A DNA stretch of 64,000 bases, from positions 99,940 through 163,939 of the forward strand of contig JAJZNL010000036.1 in assembly GCA_021852345.1 (NCBI GenBank), in the 5' to 3' direction. The translations under genes were made by a program, and so were the position numbers. Positions 57,806 to 64,000 of the stretch are shown here, piece after piece. The notes beneath the pieces are model-generated. The model saw only the letters and a list, made by a program, of their open reading frames with translations. It was not told the DNA's origin and searched no databases. The DNA comes from Actinomycetes bacterium. GTDB taxonomy: Bacteria > Actinomycetota > Acidimicrobiia > Acidimicrobiales > JABEUL01. Positions within the stretch are counted from its first letter, which is position 1; each line of letters starts with the position of its first letter.

Positions 57806-57844
57806 ACTGGGATTTAAGACTGGGATTTAAGACTGGGATTTAAG
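57806..57844 (+). repeat. Perfect tandem repeat ACTGGGATTTAAG x3
   Basis: Three exact 13-bp copies between the trpA stop and the argC promoter. Confidence 0.9.
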
Positions 57845-57851
57845 GCCAAAG

Positions 57852-57892
57852 TGTATAAATATGCATTTTAGTGTAACTTTATGTACTATAAT
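57852..57892 (+). promoter_or_regulatory. Tandem ARG boxes overlapping a TATAAT -10 of the arg operon
   Basis: TGTATAAATATGCA (57852-57865) and degenerate TGTAACTTTATGTA (57872-57885) at 20-bp period; TATAAT 57887-57892 lies 6 nt before ATG 57899; argR is in the operon. Confidence 0.65.
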
Positions 57893-57898
57893 GGATTT

Positions 57899-58903
57899 AT
57901 GACTATCGCAACGGGGATAATGGGTGCCACGGGATTTACGGGCGTCGAATTGATTGACATTTTAGGCCGGCATCCAGAGTTTGAACTGAGAGTTGCCGGT
58001 TCCAACTCATCCGCCGGGGAGCTAGTCGCATCTCAAAATCCTTTCGTTTCTAATTTAGCTAAGGACTTAAAGTATACAGACTTAAGTTTGGAAAATTTTG
58101 CCGGGTTAGATCTTGTATTTGCGGCCCTGCCTCACAATACGTCTGCGAACATTATTCCAGATCTTATTGAAAAATATGGGGTCCGTCGCGTAGTGGATTT
58201 AAGCGCAGATTTTAGGCTCAAGGATAGCGGTCTTTACGAGAGCTATTATGGGTTTAATCACCCCAGAAAAGATTGGCTTCAGAAAGCTGTTTTCGGAATA
58301 CCCGAGCTGTATAGGGATAACATGAAAGATGCCCAATTGGTTGCCGCAGCGGGCTGCTACGTAACTGCGGTTACGCTTGCTGTGCATCCCTTTTTAAAGG
58401 CCAAAGTTGTCGCAGATACAATAATTGCTGACTGTGCTTCGGGGGTGACAGGCGCAGGTAAAAAACTTGCTCCCGCGACACAATTTACGACGGTAAATGA
58501 GAACTTTTCAGTTTACGGGTTAATTAATCATCGACACCGACCCGAAATAGAGCAAGTTTGCGAAAATAAGGTCTTATTTACTCCGCATCTGTTGCCAATT
58601 GACAGGGGGATTCTGGCAACCTGTTATTTTAAGGTGACCCAAGGCGTATCGGTGGGCAAACTTCAAAGCATCTTGTCTGATTGCTATCAAGATGAAAGCT
58701 TTGTTAAAGTGCTCAACAGCCCGCCGGATTTAAAGTCGATTTGCAATACTAATTTTGCGGGCATTTTTGTTACGTTGGACGAAGCTACCGACACTGCCAT
58801 CGTAGTCAGCGCCATAGATAACTTATTGAAAGGTGCGTCGGGTCAAGCGGTTCAGTGCGCTAATGCAGTGTTCGGATTAGACGAAAGCATGGGGTTAAAT
58901 TAA
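57899..58903 (+). CDS. argC: N-acetyl-gamma-glutamyl-phosphate reductase (ORF open from 57881)
   Basis: GATGFTGVEL, VDLSADFRL, FGIPEL, AAAGCYVT, SGVTGAG, HRHRPEI, FTPHL, DNLLKGASGQA. Confidence 0.96.
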   Translation: MTIATGIMGATGFTGVELIDILGRHPEFELRVAGSNSSAGELVASQNPFVSNLAKDLKYTDLSLENFAGLDLVFAALPHNTSANIIPDLIEKYGVRRVVDLSADFRLKDSGLYESYYGFNHPRKDWLQKAVFGIPELYRDNMKDAQLVAAAGCYVTAVTLAVHPFLKAKVVADTIIADCASGVTGAGKKLAPATQFTTVNENFSVYGLINHRHRPEIEQVCENKVLFTPHLLPIDRGILATCYFKVTQGVSVGKLQSILSDCYQDESFVKVLNSPPDLKSICNTNFAGIFVTLDEATDTAIVVSAIDNLLKGASGQAVQCANAVFGLDESMGLN

Positions 58904-58904
58904 T

Positions 58905-60113
58905 ATGAAATCAGAATTTAATGCAAGTGTTGTTAACGATGAAATATTCATTCCCGAAGGGTTTGAATTTAACGGAATGCATTGCGGCATAAAGTCTTCT
59001 GGCAATAAGGATTTAGCGTTGGTTAAAACCGTTGACAATTTGCCCGTATTAACAACGGCAGTCTTTACGACAAATGAATGCTGTGCCGCACCAGTCATCT
59101 ATTCCAAAGAGGCGTTGATGAAATCTTCCAACAAGACTACTGCCGTATTGCTAAATTCGGGGAACGCTAATGCCGCAACGGGAGAAGGCGGATTGAAAAC
59201 GGTTGAAGAATCGGTTGTCGAATTATCAAAAATTCTTAGATGCGATAAAAGCAACGTACTTGTTTGCTCTACCGGGTTAATAGGAATTCCCCTGGATTCG
59301 ACTCCGATTGTATTATCAGCTCCAACCTTGGTCAAAGAAGCCACAGGAGATAGGTCAAGTTTTAAGAAAGCGGCCGAAGCCATATTGACTACCGACACGG
59401 TTTCAAAAGTATTTTCTTTGAAATCGTCATCGGGAACATACACTATAACGGGTTTTGCCAAAGGAGCTGCGATGTTGGCACCTTCGATGGCTACAATGCT
59501 GGCTGTAGTTGTTACCGACGCAGATTTAAGCCTTCACAATCTAAAGGATAGTTTGATAAACGGTGTCCAAAATAGTTTTAATTCTATTGTCGTCGACGGC
59601 TGTATGTCAACAAATGATACAGTCATTTTAATGTCTTCGGGAAAAAAACAGATTGAAGATATTAACGAGTTCAACTGGTTGCTTCAAACCGGGTTACGGT
59701 CTTTGGCATATCAAATGGTCAAAGACGCGGAAGGCTCCACCGTGACTGTGCATTTAACAGTCGAAGGTTGTTATGACTATCAACAGGCTAAAGCCTTGGC
59801 TCATCAGATAGCTCAAAGTGTATTGGTAAGATGTTCGATAAATGGCAAAGACCCGTATTGGGGGCGAATTATTTCTGAGTTAGGAGCGGCGGGGGTAAAC
59901 ATAAAACCTGAAAATGTTTCGATTTTCTATGGCGATTTTGAAGTGGCAAGAGGCGGCGTCGCATTGGCGCACGACGAGGATGCCTTAAGTAAATATATGC
60001 AAGACGATGAAATCGAAATAACCGTCAAGATGAACTTGGGTGAAGCATCTTATAGCATTATGTTTTGTGATATCTCGCACGCATATATTGATGAAAACCG
60101 GAAAACATCGTGA
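58905..60113 (+). CDS. argJ: Ornithine acetyltransferase / N-acetylglutamate synthase
   Basis: GIK..DLAL, NSGNANA, STGLIG, TTDT, KGAAMLAPSMATML autoproteolysis motif, DGCMSTNDT, DAEG. Confidence 0.95.
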   Translation: MKSEFNASVVNDEIFIPEGFEFNGMHCGIKSSGNKDLALVKTVDNLPVLTTAVFTTNECCAAPVIYSKEALMKSSNKTTAVLLNSGNANAATGEGGLKTVEESVVELSKILRCDKSNVLVCSTGLIGIPLDSTPIVLSAPTLVKEATGDRSSFKKAAEAILTTDTVSKVFSLKSSSGTYTITGFAKGAAMLAPSMATMLAVVVTDADLSLHNLKDSLINGVQNSFNSIVVDGCMSTNDTVILMSSGKKQIEDINEFNWLLQTGLRSLAYQMVKDAEGSTVTVHLTVEGCYDYQQAKALAHQIAQSVLVRCSINGKDPYWGRIISELGAAGVNIKPENVSIFYGDFEVARGGVALAHDEDALSKYMQDDEIEITVKMNLGEASYSIMFCDISHAYIDENRKTS

Positions 60114-61051
60114 ACGCTCAATACGAACAAAATTCAAATAACACTCAAAATTTGAATCCAAGTCAGCTTGTGGGAATACTTTTGGAGGCTCTGCCATATA
60201 TTCAGAGTTGGAAAAATAAGATCGTCGTCATTAAGTATGGGGGAAACGCATTCTTTTCCACAAATTCTGATTCGATTGAGAGCGCTGGGTCAGGCGATGT
60301 TGACAATACAGCCGGGGTATTAACTTCGTTTGCAAATGACGTAGTTTTGTTGAGATCCGTAGGCATGCATCCAGTTATTGTTCACGGAGGCGGACCTCAA
60401 ATCGGAGAGTTGATGAGAAAGCTCGGCAAAGAGCCGTCATTTGTCAATGGTCAACGTGTAACCGATCAGGAAACTCTAGAGATAGCTTCTATGGTCCTCG
60501 TCGGTAAAATCAATAAAGATATCGTTCGAGCCATTAATGTTCTAGCTCCAGTTGGGGTTGGGTTATCTGGTGAAGACGCTGGCTTGATTAAGGCCGAAGC
60601 CCTCGAGGAATCTTTGGGTTATGTTGGAAACATTACCGACGTAGATCCGTCTATTTTACTTCGTCTGATCGAACAGGGATTGATCCCAGTTGTGGCCACT
60701 ATCGGATCGGATGTATTGGGACAAGCCTACAATATAAACGCAGATACCGTTGCAAGCGCTATTGCTCAGGCTTTGCTAGCGGAGAAATTGATATATCTTA
60801 CCAATATAAGCGGAATTCTGGAGGATACCGACAATCCCGAGAGTCTCATCAGCACGTTAAATACAGCCCGGGCAGTTGAAATGATCAACTCCAAGGCGAT
60901 TTCAAGTGGCATGATTCCAAAAGTGGAAGCCTGCGTAAAGGCCGTACAAAATAGTGTCAAATCGTGCCACATACTGGACGGCAGAATCGAGCATTCCGTT
61001 TTAATTGAACTTTTTACCGACTTAGGTTTGGGGACTATGGTGACAAAATGA
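60110..61051 (+). CDS. argB: Acetylglutamate kinase
   Basis: VVIKYGGNA, VHGGGPQI, GQRVTD, NINADT, GMIPKV, DGRIEH. Confidence 0.96.
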   Translation: MNAQYEQNSNNTQNLNPSQLVGILLEALPYIQSWKNKIVVIKYGGNAFFSTNSDSIESAGSGDVDNTAGVLTSFANDVVLLRSVGMHPVIVHGGGPQIGELMRKLGKEPSFVNGQRVTDQETLEIASMVLVGKINKDIVRAINVLAPVGVGLSGEDAGLIKAEALEESLGYVGNITDVDPSILLRLIEQGLIPVVATIGSDVLGQAYNINADTVASAIAQALLAEKLIYLTNISGILEDTDNPESLISTLNTARAVEMINSKAISSGMIPKVEACVKAVQNSVKSCHILDGRIEHSVLIELFTDLGLGTMVTK

Positions 61052-62256
61052 AAGAAGAATATTTAATGCCGACATACTCTCCGGACGATGTTTGCTTTAT
61101 TAAAGGCGAAGGAAGTTGGCTTTATGACGACAACAATAAGGCTTATTTGGACTTTCTGTCTGGAATTGCGGTAACTTCATTGGGGCATAATTTTAAGCCA
61201 GTTACCGACGCAATAAAAGATCAAGCAGAGAATCTGCTTCACGTCTCCAATCTCTTTAAAAATAATCTCTCAAATAAGCTGGCCAAGACGATAGGTGCTT
61301 TGATCAACGGAATACACGGTTTTGATGAGATCGCCGATGAGAGTGATGTTGATTACGGTAAAGTATTTTTTTGCAATTCAGGGGCAGAAGCTAATGAGTG
61401 CGCGATAAAGCTAGCCCGTAAGATAAAAGGTTCGCAAGCGCATAAAATTATTTCGATGGAGAATTCATTCCACGGTCGAACGTTGGCTACTTTGGCAGCC
61501 ACAGGACAGAAAGCCAAACAGGTACCATTTGAGCCACTTCCGCCAGATTTCGTGCAGGTACGATATGATGATATAGATGCAGTTGCCGATCAAATTGACT
61601 CAGCCACTGCTGCTGTGCTAGTGGAGCCAATCCAGGGCGAAGCGGGTGTAATTGAGCCGTCTCAATCCTATATCAAAGAGTTATCGGATCTTTGTAGTAA
61701 AACAGGCGTTTTATTGATCGTCGATGAGATTCAAACCGGGCTGGGAAGATGCGGATCTTGGTTTAAGTTTCAAGATTCTCAAATTATGCCCGATATCGTC
61801 ACGTCGGCAAAGTCATTGGCTAACGGTGTTCCGATCGGGGCCTGTTGGGCAAAGACTCAAATAGCTAACGAATTTCATCCAGGTGATCACGGTACAACTT
61901 TTGGCGGACAACTGTTGGCATGCCGAGCTTCATTAGCAACTCTTGAGGCTCTCATGTCCATGAATGCTCCCAATCAAACTAAAAGATTGGGTGAGATGAT
62001 TAAAGATAAACTAAAGGATTTCTCTGAAATTCAATTAATTCGTGGAGACGGGTTGCTGTTAGGGATTGTATTAAGGGATTTGGATGCAAAACAGGTTCAG
62101 TTAAATGCACTGCGTCATGGGTTAATAGTAAATGCTCCAAGACTCGACACAATTCGAATAGCACCATCGTTTTTGATAAGTGAAATTGAAATAGATACGT
62201 TTTTAATTAAATTTAGACAGGCAATCGATGATACCAAGCAAGATGAAAATTCATAA
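61048..62256 (+). CDS. argD: Acetylornithine aminotransferase
   Basis: YLDFLSGIAV..LGH, CNSGAEANE, SFHGRT, EPIQGEAG, DEIQTGLGR, AKSLANG, HGTTFGG. Confidence 0.95.
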   Translation: MKEEYLMPTYSPDDVCFIKGEGSWLYDDNNKAYLDFLSGIAVTSLGHNFKPVTDAIKDQAENLLHVSNLFKNNLSNKLAKTIGALINGIHGFDEIADESDVDYGKVFFCNSGAEANECAIKLARKIKGSQAHKIISMENSFHGRTLATLAATGQKAKQVPFEPLPPDFVQVRYDDIDAVADQIDSATAAVLVEPIQGEAGVIEPSQSYIKELSDLCSKTGVLLIVDEIQTGLGRCGSWFKFQDSQIMPDIVTSAKSLANGVPIGACWAKTQIANEFHPGDHGTTFGGQLLACRASLATLEALMSMNAPNQTKRLGEMIKDKLKDFSEIQLIRGDGLLLGIVLRDLDAKQVQLNALRHGLIVNAPRLDTIRIAPSFLISEIEIDTFLIKFRQAIDDTKQDENS

Positions 62257-62288
62257 ATCAAATATTTTAAATCAACGTTGCGTCAACT

Positions 62289-62320
62289 CCTTAAATCTTG
62301 TTGTACCCTTAAATCTTGTT
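62289..62320 (+). repeat. Direct repeat CCTTAAATCTTGTT x2 (18-bp period) in the argD-argF spacer
   Basis: Exact copies at 62289-62302 and 62307-62320. Confidence 0.75.
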
Positions 62321-62495
62321 TTACTTTGGGGTTTAGTGGTAAACAGGAGGGAACCTGTAACGACATCGCGACAAATACTGGAGTCATAATATTTGGGTAA
62401 ATTAAACTTAAGGGAACTGCTGACTATAGAAATGTTAAAACAGTAATATTTAAAAGATCGATATAAGAAAAGTAATAAAAAATTAAGGATAATAA

Positions 62496-63473
62496 TTGAC
62501 TTATCGTCACATTTTGGATGTAGATTCGTTATCAAAACAAGAGTTTTTAAATTTGTTGGGCTATGGGTTGAGTCCTTTAAACGTAAGTTTGAAGGGACGC
62601 CTTTCTGCGGCACTCCTATTTGAAAAACCTTCAAATAGGACCAGGCATTCCATGGAGACTGCAATAAATAAGCTCGAAGGATTTTCGGTGTATGTCAGAA
62701 AAGATGAAGTTGACATTGGCCAAAGAGAATCTATTGAAGACGTGACGAGAACATTGGCATGTTATCACAGCGTTATAGCAGCCAGGGTATTCAGTCACAC
62801 CACATTGATTAAGATGGCAGAAATTTTGGATTTGTCGGGATCCTCAAGTTCGGTGGTTAATTTATTGTCGGACTATAGTCACCCGCAGCAGGCGATAGCA
62901 GATGTTTTGACTATTCATTCAGAATTGAAAAAACGAGGCGTCTCTTTTGAATTGTCAGCTGGCGAACTTGAATCTAACAAGAGTATAAAAGTTGTTTACA
63001 TCGGAGATTTTAATAACGTGACAATCTCCCTGCTTAAGGCTCTAACCTATCTGGAGTGCTCGCTAGTGGTGTGTACCCCAAAGGGTTATGGTCCGAGCGA
63101 GGATTTTATTGCAACCCACGGGGAATTTGCAAAAAATATTGTATTAAGCGAAGATATCGACACTGCGGTAAGCAATGCCGACGTACTCTATACGGATACT
63201 TGGGTTTCCATGGGGCAAGAAGAGCATGCGAAAGATAAACTGAAAGATTTCGCCGGTTTTGGATTGAATACGGAAGTTATGGCAAAAGCCAAACAGACAG
63301 CAATATTTATGCATTGTCTACCCGCACACCGAGGTTTTGAAGTTACAGATGAACTGATTGATTCAAGTTTCAGTGTTGTGTTTCAACAAGCCGCTATGCG
63401 TCAGAATGCGGCAATAGCTTCGCTATTGTGGTTATTTAAAGATCAGAATACGGGTGAAGTAAAATGGCCATGA
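62496..63473 (+). CDS. argF: Ornithine carbamoyltransferase
   Basis: FEKPSNRT, HPQQAIAD, YTDTWVSMGQE, FMHCLPAHRG; inside the arg operon; SD AAGGA before TTG. Confidence 0.9.
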   Translation: MTYRHILDVDSLSKQEFLNLLGYGLSPLNVSLKGRLSAALLFEKPSNRTRHSMETAINKLEGFSVYVRKDEVDIGQRESIEDVTRTLACYHSVIAARVFSHTTLIKMAEILDLSGSSSSVVNLLSDYSHPQQAIADVLTIHSELKKRGVSFELSAGELESNKSIKVVYIGDFNNVTISLLKALTYLECSLVVCTPKGYGPSEDFIATHGEFAKNIVLSEDIDTAVSNADVLYTDTWVSMGQEEHAKDKLKDFAGFGLNTEVMAKAKQTAIFMHCLPAHRGFEVTDELIDSSFSVVFQQAAMRQNAAIASLLWLFKDQNTGEVKWP

Positions 63474-63940
63474 ACAGAATCCAGCGACATTTTAGGATCA
63501 TCAATATATTGGCCGAAAACGTGGTTACTTCTCAAACTCAGTTGGTCGAATTGCTAAATGATATGGGGGCCGAAGTAACACAGGCAACCGTAAGTCGAGA
63601 TTTAGACGAGTTGGGTGCCATTAAAATTAAGGTTAAGGGCAATATAAGTGCCTACGCAATACCTGACAGTATCGGATCAGCGCAAGTAACAGATGATCAT
63701 TTGAGTCGAGTTTTGGGGGATTGGGTGGGAGAGGTAAAAGCCTCTTCGAACCTGGTTGTTTTAAAAACTCCGCCTGGTAGTGCCCATGTCGTTGCCTCGG
63801 CTTTGGACAGATCCAACTTAGATAAAATAGTAGGGACAGTTGCTGGAGATGACACTGTTTTGTTGGTTGCCGACGAGTCTTACGGCGGAATGAATCTTGC
63901 CAGGGACATCGCTAAATTGTCGCAGGTGGAAATAGGGTAG
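63464..63940 (+). CDS. argR: Arginine repressor
   Basis: SQTQL, VTQATVSRDL, VLKTPPGSAH, GTVAGDDT. Confidence 0.96.
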   Translation: MAMNRIQRHFRIINILAENVVTSQTQLVELLNDMGAEVTQATVSRDLDELGAIKIKVKGNISAYAIPDSIGSAQVTDDHLSRVLGDWVGEVKASSNLVVLKTPPGSAHVVASALDRSNLDKIVGTVAGDDTVLLVADESYGGMNLARDIAKLSQVEIG

Positions 63941-64000
63941 TAGAGCTAGTAGCAATAGCGGCCTTAGGTGGTAGCGACGGTTGGATTATCAAAATATAAT

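Noticed and set aside
57806-57844. Tandem repeats as a CRISPR array
   Set aside because: 13-bp units with no spacers, and no cas genes; no repeat-spacer array was seen anywhere in the window
62272-62664. 130-aa minus-strand ORF
   Set aside because: Overlaps argF antisense and runs through the AT-rich spacer; no motif

Overview
A 64-kb chromosomal window from an actinobacterium, most likely Acidimicrobiia-like. The basis is conserved gene order (rimO-pgsA-cinA; uvrC-rapZ-gap-pgk-tpiA-secG; mec-cysO-cysM-murI-rph-rdgB; argCJBDFR) and the type of surface proteins; the DNA is unusually AT-rich for that group (roughly low-40s % GC by eye). The left edge (1-~3450) is the end of an accessory region: a RloA-like AAA ATPase plus RloB pair, then a decayed IS607-family element (frameshifted serine-recombinase TnpA, truncated TnpB-like ORF, repeated left-end motifs and a structured candidate right end). 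The rest is mostly housekeeping: dnaE, aroE, two SEDS genes, ppk1, nadA, uvrC, glycolysis, tRNA-Leu(GAG), tmRNA/smpB, the CysO sulfur-carrier cysteine pathway, a two-component system, trpCFBA and argCJBDFR. Several usually contiguous partner genes (recA, yvcK, whiA, PBP genes) are absent from their normal positions. The most striking accessory content is a 3094-aa double-anchored surface protein (Gly-rich domain, 7 Ig-like domains, a ~1300-aa beta-rich region with a ~440-aa internal duplication, 7 Kelch blades) followed by an LppX/LprAFG-like protein, both lying between tRNA-Leu and tmRNA. A second is a 1173-aa secreted protein with 14 two-Cys repeats, an IPT/TIG domain and three C-terminal PxRxCDTR domains. 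All family calls are from motif recognition by eye; no database searches were run.
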